From Candidatus Eiseniibacteriota bacterium (GTDB taxonomy: Bacteria > Eisenbacteria > RBG-16-71-46 > CAIMUX01 > VGJL01), in contig JBHGAY010000004.1 of NCBI GenBank assembly GCA_041946735.1, positions 96,001 to 160,000 on the forward strand: a stretch of DNA of 64,000 nt, written 5' to 3'. The notes below the pieces were generated by a model that made no database searches, was not told the DNA's origin, and saw nothing but the letters and a program-made list of their open reading frames with translations. The first letter of the stretch is position 1, and each line of letters opens with the position of its first letter. Below, piece after piece: positions 9,674 to 19,800 of the stretch. The position numbers and the translations under genes were made by a program.

Positions 9674-12109
9674 CTACTCCTCGGCGTTCCTGCAGACGCG
9701 GAAGCCGACGATGTCGTCCCTCGAGTTCGGGAAATAGGGAGCGCGCGCAGCGGACCGGCAGTCGCGCGCGTAGTAGTACCAGCTGCCGCCCCGGATGACG
9801 CGCTGTGCGCCCATCTCGGGCCCGGCAGGATCCGCTTCGGTCTGCGAGGTGGGAACCGAATAGAAGTCCCAGCACCACTCCCAGACATTTCCATGCATGT
9901 CGTAGAGGCCGCCCGGGTTCGGCGCCTTCCCCTTGACTTCGTGGGTTGTGCCGCCCGCGTTGCCGCAGTACCAGCCGAGCGGATCGAGCGTCGCATCGAT
10001 TCCGCATGTCTGGCTGTTCGCCGCCAGCTCCCCGGTGGGGAATGCTCCTGACGTCCCGGCGCGCGCGGCGATCTCCCATTCCGCCTCGGTCGGCAGGCGC
10101 CAGCCCTCCGCGTCGCGGTTCCACGTCACCTGGTCGCCGAGGATCGTGTACGCCGGCTCCAGGCCATCGCGCGCGGAAATCGCGTTGCAGTAGGCGACCG
10201 CGTCGAACCAGCTCACCCGCTCGACCGGGCGCTGGTCCGAGCCGACGAAACGAGACGGGTTCGTTCCCATCACCGCCTGGTACTCGGCCTGCGTGACCTC
10301 GTGGTCGGCCATGAGAACGGCCCGGCGCGTCAGAACCACCTTGTGGAGCGTCTCGTCCGTGTCGCGTCCCACCTCTCCCGGAGGGCTTCCGACCGTGTAG
10401 ACGTCGCCGATGAACGGTCCCGGGAACGGTCCGAGCTCGACGCGGTTCTGGTGTCCATCCTCGAAGACGAAGAGGTGCTCGTAGCGGCCCTTCGGGAAGG
10501 TGGACTCGTAGCGGTAGACCGCGCCGTCGCGAGGATTGCCGCTCTCGAGTTCCATCGGGAAGGCGTTCCCCCCGATCTGCACGTCGTGGACGGCCGGAGC
10601 CTCTCCCTCTCCATCCTCGTAGGTCACGCGGAACACGATCGCCTCGCTTTCGCTCGCCGCCTCGGGCGCGACCGAGTTGCCGAGGAGTGTCGGCGGGACG
10701 TTGCCGCTCGGCGTCGTGCTGGTGGCAACACGCGAGAGCTTCGAGGCGTTGCCGGCATCGTCGATCGCGCGAAGAGCGAAGGCGTAGGTCGTCCCCGGTT
10801 GCAGACCGGTGACGCGGAAGCTCTCGGCCGATCGGCTCACGGCCGGCGACGGCTCCCCTTCGCACTCGATCGCCGCGTCCCAGCTGGAGTCGTCGATCGT
10901 GCCGGTCGAGTACCGGATATCGTAGGCGCTCGCCGTCCCCAGGTATTCGTCGTCGCCCGGCGCGTTCCACGTCAGGCGAACGCTCGAGGAGTCGGTCGCC
11001 ACCGCGGCGAGGTCCTCGACGATTCCCGGAGCGGTGCGGTCCTGAAACGCTCCGCCGCCACCGAGGATTACGAGGCCCTCGGTCCTGTCGGAAACGACGA
11101 CAGCCCCGGAGGCGCAGCAGGCGACACCCGTCGCATACGTCGTCACGACGGTGCCGGCGAGAACCGGATTTGTCGGGTCGCTGATGTCGACCATGTGGAC
11201 GCCGCCGTCCTGAGCGGCGAGGAACGCCGTCTCGTCGCGGATCGTGATCGAGCGCGCAAAGCCGCCAAGCGCGAGGTGCGCCACCTCGATCGGCTTGTCT
11301 CCTTCATGGATCCGCATCACGACGAGACCGTTCGGTCCATCCGCGACGAACGCGTAGTCCCCCATCAGGTCTACGGCGCGCGCGAACCCGGGAGTGTCGG
11401 TGTTCCCCGTCACGACGACGGAGTTGAGGTCGGGGACTCGAGCATCGATGACCGTGAGGCCCATCTCGTCATCCGCCACGTACAGCCATCCATCTCGCGG
11501 CATGCTGTCTCTCGCGTACCCGGGCGTGTCGCAGAACGCGGTGCTCTGCGCGATGCGTCCCGGAATCGATGGGTCCGCGAAGAAGATGCGGACTCCATGC
11601 CAGCTCTCGGCTTGATAGAGCGTGTACATTCCCCCCGAAACGCGGGGCGGTTCGATGGAGACCCCCATGGCGTCGACCGCCGCGCCTCCGCCCGATTCGA
11701 ACCGGACCAGACTGTCGGGCTTCGTGACGTCGAAGCTCAGGAGCCCTTCCGTCCCGTCGATCGTGTAGGCGATGTCGTAGATCCCCAAGACCGTCGGGAT
11801 GCTCGCGACCACGAGCGACTCGACGAACTTCTGAGTACCGATGCCCATCAGGTATCGCGGGTTGGCCGGATCGGAGATGTCGACCGAATGAAGCCCCGAC
11901 TGCCCGGCGACGACGAAGGCGGTGTTGCCGAGCACGGCAACGTCCTCCGCTCCGCTTGGGAGCGGTACGCGGGCGATCACCTCGTAGACGGACTTGGGCG
12001 GCTTGTAGAGGTCCTGCTCGCCGCATCCACCTAGGAGCACGGCGCAGGCCAGGATCCACGCCGCGATCCAGAGTTGCCGACCACTTCTCGACGTCCGCAT
12101 CCGCGCCAT
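9674..12109 (-). CDS. Lipoprotein with LVIVD repeats, fibronectin type III domain and C-terminal FGE-sulfatase (SUMF1/C-type lectin fold) domain
   Basis: Lipobox VLLGG-C; LYVADD..GL.VID / AFVADG..GL repeats; LTWNAPGDD...AYDIRYS; HEVTQAEY, PVERVSWFDA, RLPTEAEWE, GLYDMHGNVWEW, RGGSW...GFR. Confidence 0.85.
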   Translation of the reverse strand: MARMRTSRSGRQLWIAAWILACAVLLGGCGEQDLYKPPKSVYEVIARVPLPSGAEDVAVLGNTAFVVAGQSGLHSVDISDPANPRYLMGIGTQKFVESLVVASIPTVLGIYDIAYTIDGTEGLLSFDVTKPDSLVRFESGGGAAVDAMGVSIEPPRVSGGMYTLYQAESWHGVRIFFADPSIPGRIAQSTAFCDTPGYARDSMPRDGWLYVADDEMGLTVIDARVPDLNSVVVTGNTDTPGFARAVDLMGDYAFVADGPNGLVVMRIHEGDKPIEVAHLALGGFARSITIRDETAFLAAQDGGVHMVDISDPTNPVLAGTVVTTYATGVACCASGAVVVSDRTEGLVILGGGGAFQDRTAPGIVEDLAAVATDSSSVRLTWNAPGDDEYLGTASAYDIRYSTGTIDDSSWDAAIECEGEPSPAVSRSAESFRVTGLQPGTTYAFALRAIDDAGNASKLSRVATSTTPSGNVPPTLLGNSVAPEAASESEAIVFRVTYEDGEGEAPAVHDVQIGGNAFPMELESGNPRDGAVYRYESTFPKGRYEHLFVFEDGHQNRVELGPFPGPFIGDVYTVGSPPGEVGRDTDETLHKVVLTRRAVLMADHEVTQAEYQAVMGTNPSRFVGSDQRPVERVSWFDAVAYCNAISARDGLEPAYTILGDQVTWNRDAEGWRLPTEAEWEIAARAGTSGAFPTGELAANSQTCGIDATLDPLGWYCGNAGGTTHEVKGKAPNPGGLYDMHGNVWEWCWDFYSVPTSQTEADPAGPEMGAQRVIRGGSWYYYARDCRSAARAPYFPNSRDDIVGFRVCRNAEE

Positions 12110-12183
12110 CGTCGTCTCCCCTTCCTCTTCCTCTCCTCGTGCCGTTCGCCGCCTGTCCCGCTGCCCCCTGCGCCGGTGGCCCT

Positions 12184-13404
12184 CTAGAAGGTGTACGTCG
12201 CCCCGAGCCACGTCCGGTTGTCCTTGTAGTCCTTCTCCTCGTCCTCGATGCTCGGGTCGAGGTGCCCGGGGAGCGTGCTCACCCGCTGCGAGTACCGGTA
12301 GCCGAGCTGCAGGGCGATGCTTCGATAGAGCGGCGAGGTGTCGACGGTCAGTTCGCCGACGTAGACCTCGTCCTTCCGTCCGACGTGCAGCGGATCGTCG
12401 AGGACGGACCGATTCGTCGTAAAGTAGTACGCTTGGTACTGGCCCATCAGGCCGACTCCGGAGACGAAAGCGAGCGCGCCGCGCGGGGAATAGTCGAGCG
12501 AGAGCTCGAACATGTCCCGTTTGTACGACGCGTCCCCATTGTCGGACGTCTCGCGCTTCTCTCCTACCGTGTCCGTCCCGCGCGCCTCGACATCGCTGTA
12601 CGTGTACTCTCCGGCGACGCGGAACGCCTTCGAAAGGCCGTACGACAGGGCCGCAGCCCCGTTCCATTCCCAGTTGTCGTCCTCGATGAAGGGCCGGTTG
12701 TAATAGCGGATCGTCCGGCCGACGTCGAAGCGCCCCAGGATCCCTTTCGGGAAGCGATGCCAGTAGGAGACGAGAAAGGCATTGCGAGTCGACTTGAAAG
12801 GAAGCCAGACGAGCGGGGTGCTCGAACGCGGCTGGAACGGCGGCCGATCGGACAGAGGCCGGATCAGCGAGGCCGGCGCGTACGAGTAGGACAGATCGAG
12901 GTTGTCACGCCCCCAGGTGGGCTGACGGAGCCGGAACGTCCACGACTCGTTGTTCTTCTCGCCGTTCTGGTAGTACTGCCACTTGGTGTAGCCGATCCGG
13001 AACTCCGTGTCGCGGCTCCCGATCCATCTATGGCCGATGGAGAGCTGGATGCGCGGGCTGACGATCAGATCGTCGTACGTCTCGTACGTGAACTTCAGGG
13101 GGTTCGTGTTGGCGCGGAATTCGTCGATGACGAAATCCGGCGAACGGAAGACGTTGTCGTCGTAGATCACCTGCAGGCCGAAGGAGCCGGAGATGCGGAT
13201 CGCGGGCTTCGCCTGCGCACGCTTCTTCGAAGGCGCCTTCTTCTTCGTGGTCGTGGTCGCGCCGAGCGCCTGCTCCAGCCTCTCCTGTGCCCGGGCGGAG
13301 CTGGCCTCCTGCCGCAACATCGAAGCCGCCGCCGCGGTCGCTGCGATGGACGACACCACGGAGGCGACGAGCCAGAGAAGGACCGGGACCGACAGCTTCC
13401 TCAA
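12184..13404 (-). CDS. Putative outer-membrane beta-barrel protein
   Basis: TTG start with GAGGGGG RBS, signal peptide, YDDNV motif, alternating amphipathic strands rich in Tyr, C-terminal WLGATYTF (terminal Phe, BAM-type signal). Confidence 0.7.
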   Translation of the reverse strand: MRKLSVPVLLWLVASVVSSIAATAAAASMLRQEASSARAQERLEQALGATTTTKKKAPSKKRAQAKPAIRISGSFGLQVIYDDNVFRSPDFVIDEFRANTNPLKFTYETYDDLIVSPRIQLSIGHRWIGSRDTEFRIGYTKWQYYQNGEKNNESWTFRLRQPTWGRDNLDLSYSYAPASLIRPLSDRPPFQPRSSTPLVWLPFKSTRNAFLVSYWHRFPKGILGRFDVGRTIRYYNRPFIEDDNWEWNGAAALSYGLSKAFRVAGEYTYSDVEARGTDTVGEKRETSDNGDASYKRDMFELSLDYSPRGALAFVSGVGLMGQYQAYYFTTNRSVLDDPLHVGRKDEVYVGELTVDTSPLYRSIALQLGYRYSQRVSTLPGHLDPSIEDEEKDYKDNRTWLGATYTF

Positions 13405-13601
13405 AGGTGAACCCCCTCGCACCTCACCCCGCCTGGGGAAAGACCAGCCTGTCGTGCTCGATTGCTCGAGAGACGATCGGAACGCCTCCCTCACCCCGTC
13501 CGGCTACCCGACCCCATGGGGAAGCGCCGGGGAAAGAATACTAGATCGCGGCGGTCCGGGAAAGGATTCGACTTCCACCGGTGGCCTTCTCGAAACCGTT
13601 C

Positions 13602-13630
13602 TTGCAGAACTCCGACGCCTCTGGCAAAAT
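13602..13630 (+). promoter_or_regulatory. Putative sigma70 promoter for the acyltransferase gene (near-leaderless)
   Basis: TTGCAG-N17-CAAAAT, ending 9 nt before ATG 13640. Confidence 0.45.
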
Positions 13631-13639
13631 CTCCTCGCC

Positions 13640-14827
13640 ATGGTTGCCCAGACACAGGCTGTTCCGGTGGGTAAGGGGACGGCGGTCGCGGAGGGGAAGG
13701 GCGAGGCCCAGGCACCGGGAGCCCGGGGCAAAGGCAAGACCCGATTCCTCTTCATCGACCAGTTCCGCGGTTTGGTCGGGATCATGATGGCCCTCGGCCA
13801 CAGTTCCTACTACTTCAACGCGGTCTGGAGGAGCCTCGATCCCCTCGATCCTTTCTTCTCGAACTTCGGCCAATTCGCGCTCCGCTACATGGGGTATCTC
13901 TGCGCGCCCGGCTTTCTGATGATGAACGGCGCGATGAGCTGGTATTCCTACACGCGGCGCATCCAGTCCGGCAAGTCGGAGTGGAGCTCCAAGTGGCACC
14001 TGATCCAGAGAGGGCTCTTCCTAGTGCTGGTCCAGGTGACCTGGGTCAACTCTTCCTGGGGAGGATTCCGGACCTTCCGTCCGGATCACATCGGGATCAT
14101 CGCGTGCATCGGCCTCTCGATGGTCCTGCTCTCCCTGTTCGTCAACGCCCGAGTCCAGATCCGGCTGGCAATCGGACTCCTCGCATTCGCGATCCACCCC
14201 CTGCTGCTTCAGATCCACTACGACCCGAAGGTGGCCTGGCAACTCGTGCTGATGCAGACCTTCGTCGACGCCGGGTCGTTCAACAAGTATCCGGTGATCC
14301 CATGGTTCGGCCTTGCCACCATGGGCTCGGTGATGGCGGAGGGGTGGCTTTCGAAGTGGAAGACGTACGGCGCCCGCGTGCAGTGGAGCCTTCTCATCGC
14401 AGTGTCGGCCTTCGTCCTCGCGACGATCGTCCGGATGGCGCGCGGCTACGGCAATATCGACCCGTTCTACACCTTCGGCCACTACTCGTTCTTCCTCGAC
14501 CAGAAGTATCCGCCGAGCCTCTATCACAATCTCTGGTTCTTCGGCGCGGTCGTCTTCATGGTGACGGTGATCATGTCGATCGGCCAGATCCTCCCTTGGC
14601 TGACCAAGCCGCTTGGGACGGTCGGCCGCGTCCCTCTCTTCTTCTATTGCGTGCATATCGCGCTGCTCGGAATCATCTCGAAGAGGATGGGGCTCTACTA
14701 TCACCAGGGAGGCGTCGCCGCTTCGTTCATCGGCTGGGTAGCGCTCCTGATCGTGATGTACCCACTCGCCCTCTGGTTCGGAAAGGTCAAACAGAAAAGC
14801 AAGAATCACATCATCCAGATGATCTAG
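13640..14827 (+). CDS. DUF1624 / heparan-alpha-glucosaminide N-acetyltransferase-like membrane acyltransferase
   Basis: RF..ID.FRG....MMAL.H, LCAPGF, RGLFL, YPVIPW, KYPPSL, GRVPLFFY..H; about 10 TM helices. Confidence 0.82.
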   Translation: MVAQTQAVPVGKGTAVAEGKGEAQAPGARGKGKTRFLFIDQFRGLVGIMMALGHSSYYFNAVWRSLDPLDPFFSNFGQFALRYMGYLCAPGFLMMNGAMSWYSYTRRIQSGKSEWSSKWHLIQRGLFLVLVQVTWVNSSWGGFRTFRPDHIGIIACIGLSMVLLSLFVNARVQIRLAIGLLAFAIHPLLLQIHYDPKVAWQLVLMQTFVDAGSFNKYPVIPWFGLATMGSVMAEGWLSKWKTYGARVQWSLLIAVSAFVLATIVRMARGYGNIDPFYTFGHYSFFLDQKYPPSLYHNLWFFGAVVFMVTVIMSIGQILPWLTKPLGTVGRVPLFFYCVHIALLGIISKRMGLYYHQGGVAASFIGWVALLIVMYPLALWFGKVKQKSKNHIIQMI

Positions 14828-14959
14828 CTCGCCCACCCCGCGCTCGGGCGGATCGCTGGAACCCGCGTCGAAGGTCGGCTCACGGAGCCGACCTTCGCTT
14901 TCCCGTGGCCGCATCCCCCCCCCGCGACGATGCGACCCGCCAGGGAGGCTTCTGTCGCC

Positions 14960-14988
14960 TTGAAAACCGGACCTCGGCGGCGCACAAT
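14960..14988 (+). promoter_or_regulatory. Putative sigma70 promoter
   Basis: TTGAAA-N17-CACAAT upstream of a ~145-nt leader. Confidence 0.5.
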
Positions 14989-14993
14989 TGTCA

Positions 14994-15060
14994 GCGCTGG
15001 AAAGTGGGGCCACCGGCGAGAGCAAGCATGAGGCCGCTTCTCTCAGGCTCCGTACGGAGT
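14994..15060 (+). ncRNA. Candidate glycine-riboswitch-like aptamer (variant) in 5' leader
   Basis: CTGGAAAG...CACCG...GAGCAA...CTCTCAGG...GTAC.GAG in the order of glycine aptamer conserved blocks; begins at the predicted transcription start. Confidence 0.35.
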
Positions 15061-15138
15061 TGATTCGGATGGGGCCGGTCCTTCTCAAGGAGGGCCGCCT
15101 GACTCTCGAAACGAATCCGGAAGGATTCGGGAGGAATC

Positions 15139-16272
15139 ATGCGACTTGCGATCCGCCTTTCCACCCTGGCGCTCTTCGTGCTCGCCTTTCCGGGAACGAG
15201 CCTGGCGGGAAAGAACGCGAACGGCGCCATGATCGTCCACACCAACGACGCCGTGAACTACACGGTCACCGGTGCGAACTTCTGCGAGGATTCGTACAAC
15301 CCCGTCGACTGTATTTCGGCCGTGACGCAGTCGAACAAGGGTCCAGACGACGAGGCGATGATCTGGTTCCTCGCGTCGTTCTACGAGGGAACGAACCCGG
15401 CCGTCGCAGGTGTCCAGTTCGGCGTTCGACACAATCTGCCGCCCGGGCAAGGCTACGTCCCGCATTGGCACCAGTGCCCGCCGGATGCTCTCGTGCTTCC
15501 GGATGAGGGATTCCCCGACGTACCGGGCGGTACGCTCATCGGTTTCCTGGCTCCCGTCTACGATCGGCTTCTCACGTTCGCGTGGTTCGGCGTCTACCAG
15601 GCCGGCCCGGGAAGCTTCTTCGGTTCGGGCGTGTACCCGGGTGACGGTCTTGCGAAGTTTGCCGACGACTCTGTCCCGCCGGTCGAGGACCTCTGTCACT
15701 CCTTCGGCGAGGTTCATTGGATGGAGCCGGGATCCAACGACTGCCCGGTCGTCGTTGAGGGCGCTTGCTGCTATCCGGACGGTTCCTGCGAGGTCCTCTT
15801 GGAGGAGCAGTGCACCGGGGTTTGGGTCGAAGGCGTCACCTGCGACCCGAATCCATGCGAGCAGCCGCAGGCGTGCTGCTTCGTGGACGGCTCCTGCCAG
15901 GAACTGCTGCAGGCCGATTGCGACGCGCAGGGCGGCGTTCCGATGGGTCAGGGCACCAATTGCGATCCGAGTCCCTGCGGCCCGCCGTATCGCGCCTGCT
16001 GCCTGCCCAACGGGCAATGCGAGGTGGTGACGGTCGCCGAGTGCGAGGCGGCCGGCGGCGTCTTCGTCTGGGACGCCTTCGGATGCGAGCCGTTCCCTTG
16101 CTCGGAGGCGTGCTGCTTCTCGGACGGCTCCTGTCTGATGCTGATGCAGGAAGAATGCGCGGCCGAGGGAGGCCAGGCGATGGGTGATGGAACGGTGTGC
16201 GACGACGTCGAGTGCATTCCGGTCGCCACCGAGCCGACGACCTGGGGGAAGATCAAGGCGCGCTACCGCTGA
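15139..16272 (+). CDS. Secreted Cys-rich repeat protein with C-terminal TWGxIKxxYR motif
   Basis: GGAGG RBS, signal peptide (SLA-G), four ACC..DG.C...C...GG......C...C repeats, ends PVATEPTTWGKIKARYR. Confidence 0.85.
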   Translation: MRLAIRLSTLALFVLAFPGTSLAGKNANGAMIVHTNDAVNYTVTGANFCEDSYNPVDCISAVTQSNKGPDDEAMIWFLASFYEGTNPAVAGVQFGVRHNLPPGQGYVPHWHQCPPDALVLPDEGFPDVPGGTLIGFLAPVYDRLLTFAWFGVYQAGPGSFFGSGVYPGDGLAKFADDSVPPVEDLCHSFGEVHWMEPGSNDCPVVVEGACCYPDGSCEVLLEEQCTGVWVEGVTCDPNPCEQPQACCFVDGSCQELLQADCDAQGGVPMGQGTNCDPSPCGPPYRACCLPNGQCEVVTVAECEAAGGVFVWDAFGCEPFPCSEACCFSDGSCLMLMQEECAAEGGQAMGDGTVCDDVECIPVATEPTTWGKIKARYR

Positions 16273-16318
16273 GTCCGGAACCGAGGTCGAAGTCGAAGCG
16301 CCGGGGGGCGCGAGGGGA

Positions 16319-16876
16319 TCACATCTCCCCGCCGTCCCCCTTCTTCTCCATCTGGATCGCCTCGCCGCGGAGCTCGAACTGCTTCTCGGCGATCAGCTCC
16401 CGGAAAAGATAGACGCGGAAGGTGTAGAAGCCGGGCTGCCGCTTGCCGGGCGTCGCGGTGAAGGTGCTCATCAAGGATGTCACCGAGTCGCTCGGCATGT
16501 AGCGGATCGTCTTCTTGAAGGCGGTCTCGTCGTCGGGATCGAGCCAGACCATGTGGAAGATCAGCTCCCGATCCTTCCCCCGCGCGAACTGGTCTTGAAG
16601 CTCCGCGAACGCGTAGACCTTCGCGCCTTCCTCGATGTCGAAGGCGGTCCGGGCGCCGAGATGTTTGCCGGTGCGCTTGCTCGTCTTGTTCCGGTCCGAA
16701 AAGACGATGCTGGCAGAGACGTCGCCGGCCTGCTTGCCGGCATAGACGAAGGTGGAGTCGGGACCGAGCGCCGGATTCGACTCGCGCGTCGAGCAGCCGG
16801 AAAGAAGCCCCAGGAGCGACGCCGCCCCCGCCACCGTCACCAGACCGCACAGAGTGAGGATCGCCTTCGACCGCAT
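16319..16876 (-). CDS. Hypothetical lipoprotein (single beta-sandwich-like domain)
   Basis: Lipobox LLSG-C; codon usage like neighbours; starts about 20 nt downstream of the capA stop, likely co-transcribed. Confidence 0.7.
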   Translation of the reverse strand: MRSKAILTLCGLVTVAGAASLLGLLSGCSTRESNPALGPDSTFVYAGKQAGDVSASIVFSDRNKTSKRTGKHLGARTAFDIEEGAKVYAFAELQDQFARGKDRELIFHMVWLDPDDETAFKKTIRYMPSDSVTSLMSTFTATPGKRQPGFYTFRVYLFRELIAEKQFELRGEAIQMEKKGDGGEM

Positions 16877-16898
16877 CACACCAGCCCTCCGCCGCCCC

Positions 16899-19800
16899 CT
16901 ACCTCAGGAGCAAGACCTTCTCGACCCGCACCTCGCTGCCCGCCTCGACCCTGCAGAAGTAGAGCCCCGAGGCGAGACGGTCCGCAATGAAGTCGCTCCG
17001 ATGGCGTCCCGCCGCTTGCGCACCGTCGAACAGCACCGCCACTCTGCGTCCGCCCAGATCGAACATCTCGATCCGCACGTGAGCAGCACGCGGCAGATGA
17101 TACTCGATCGCGACGCGATCGGCGAACGGATTCGGCCGCGGAGGCGCCATCCAGAGCGACCGACCCGCGTCCGCCCCGGATCGATCGTCGCCGGCGGCTG
17201 CCGTGCTGGAGATCGAGCGCTCCTCCCACTCGACGCGTATCGAGTCGGTCACGCTCGACGAGCGCGCCTGCACGAATCGATAGTTGTTCGGATGTTCGAT
17301 CTGCCCAGCGTCCGCCGCCGGCCGCCACGGCTCCCACTCGATCAGCCGGACCTCGTCGAACCATGAATAGCCATCGCCGGAGAGCGGGCGGTCGGTCACG
17401 CAGCGCGGCATGAAGAAGACCCCCTCCTCCGGGACCGCCCCGCTCCCTTCGATCGGCGTCCAGCCCTGCGTCCCCGCAGGGACGGGTCCGGCCACGATCG
17501 TCGCGACCGCCTGCCCGCCTCGCCCCGCGCAAAAGCGCGCTTCGATGCGCGCCTCGCCGGCATTCTCCGTCCGCACTTTGCCGAGGACCGTGTACTCGCG
17601 CCCGCCCAGGCAAGCGGGATAGCCCTCGAAGTCCGTCGTGACCGGGCCGACGTTTTGCGGTGTTCGATGCTGGCGCAGCGAGCGCAGCCCCGCGCTCACG
17701 ACCGTCTCGTCGTAGCGCTCATCGCCGCTGTTCAGGTTCCAGAGCGTCGCGCCTTCGTCCTCGAAGTCGCCGTGCCACAGGATCTCGCGACCCACCCGGA
17801 CTTCGGCGTCCCCGGGCGCCGCGACGTCCACGACCGCCGAGATCGTCCCGGCGCCGCGATGCTCGATCGGCTCGGAGACCCACCATCCTCCTTCGGATTC
17901 TTTGGCCGGGACGGTGCGCGCCACGCCGGTCACCTGCCAGGCGAGCCCGCCCGGGTCGAGATGGATCGTTGCGAGCAGGCGGGCGGGGTCGACGGTGACG
18001 GTCGTCGCCAGCTCGCGCGAGTAGTCGGCCATCCGGTCGAGGATCTCGCGCCCGAGCCGGCCTGTCGCGATCCGCGGGATCGTGTCGTCGATGAAGACGG
18101 GACGGAACGTGAAGGCCTGGAACGCGTCCTTCGTGCACTCGGCATAGAGGATCACCGAGGGGAACGTCTCGGCGAAGCTCTGATCGAACGCGAAGTTGCC
18201 GAGGCTGTGCGCGATGAGGACTCCCTGGTACACCTCGAAGCCTTGAAGGACATGAGGATGGTGGGCGATGACCAGGTCGGCCCCCTCCTCGATCGCGCGC
18301 CAGCGTAGCTGGCGGTCGATCTCGTGGGGGCGCGTCGGGAATCGGAAGCGCGAGACGTTCTCGTCCTCGTCCTCGTTTTCGCCCGCGGCCGCGCCTTCGG
18401 CGCCGGCGCCTCGCACACTTTGGTCGTCCTGAACGCCCTCGCCGCCGTCGTCGATCGCGGGCAGAGGGCCTACCGCATCGAGCGGCGGCTCGGCCGGCCA
18501 GCCGCCCGCCCCTGCCCCAGCGCCGGCGCCCGGACCGCTCTCCTTCGGGAAGGTCACGTACTCGTGCCCGGCGTGCATCTGGATCACGAGCTGATCGACG
18601 AGGGGGCGCAGGCCGGCGATCGCATCGCCCAGGTTCGGCTCGCGCAGGTAAGCGAACCCCGCCTTGTCGTAGGCGGCGTCGAGAAACGGCTGCTGGTTGT
18701 ACTCCCGCCCGGTGCGGTTGCACTGCGAGAGGAATCCGAACGAGACGCCGCGCTCGGTCCGGATGGTCGGTTGAAGCGCGGCGTACTCATCGTCTCCCGC
18801 TCCGGACCACTGGATTCCCGCCGTATCGAGCACGCGGATCGTCTCGTCGAGGCCGGGCTGGCCATAGTCGACGATGTGGTTGTTGCCGAGCCCGACGACG
18901 TCGATCCCCGCATAGAGGAGCCCTGCGACGTTCTCCGGTTTACCGCGGAAGACGTACGGCTTCGTCGGGTGCGGCTCTCCCTCGTCCGTCAACGGACATT
19001 CGAGGTTACAGATCGCCATCTCCGCCTCGTCGCCATAGAACGGTCGGGTCGGGACGAAGATCGCCTCGGGCCCGCGGTCGTGGATGACGCCGCCCGGAGC
19101 CTCGTAGCGACGCGCCAGCATGACGTCGCCGACGAATGCGAGGGTGACCGGCGCTTCCTCGCCGCCCGGCTCCACGGTGACCTGCGCGCTGTCGCGCCCC
19201 CAGAGTCCCGTTTCGTCCTGCACGCCGAGCGTGACCGCGTAGGTGTGATCGGAGGCGACCACGAACTCGTGAAACGGATCGGGGATCGCGCTCGTCCCGC
19301 CGTCGCCGAAGTCCCACGCGTAGGAGAGGCTGTCCGGGTCGCTGTCGGGGTCCTCGACCTGGGCATGGAACTGCACGCCCACGCGGTACAGCCCGCGGTC
19401 GAGCGGCACGACGCGCTGCAGCCCGCGAACGATCTCCGCCTCCGGCGCGATCGGGAGATCGGCCGTGACGTCCCGCACGTCGTCGAAGACCGTGATCCCG
19501 TCGGTCGCGTCGTCCCGGTCGTTGACGTAGACCAGCGCCGTCAGCGCCGGCTCGTAGCCGTAGCGGCTGACGAAGTCGCGGCCGACAGGAAGGTAGTAGA
19601 CGTTCCAGACTCCGGTGGGGAACGCCCCCTGGTAGGCGACCTCCCACTCCGGGTCGGCCGGCAGCTGCGAGCCGGCGAACGTGTAGAGGAGCGCGTTCGT
19701 CCCGTCGGTCACGCCGAAGGCCTGCATCTCGCCGATCTCCTCGACGAAGACCGCGACGGTGAGAACCGTGCCCGCGTCGATCGCGTAGGGGACGATCGGC

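Noticed and set aside
9674..9810. FGE/C-type-lectin C-terminus as a diversity-generating retroelement variable region
   Set aside because: The fold and NNC codons are compatible, but no template repeat or reverse transcriptase is in the window and NNC bias is expected at this GC content
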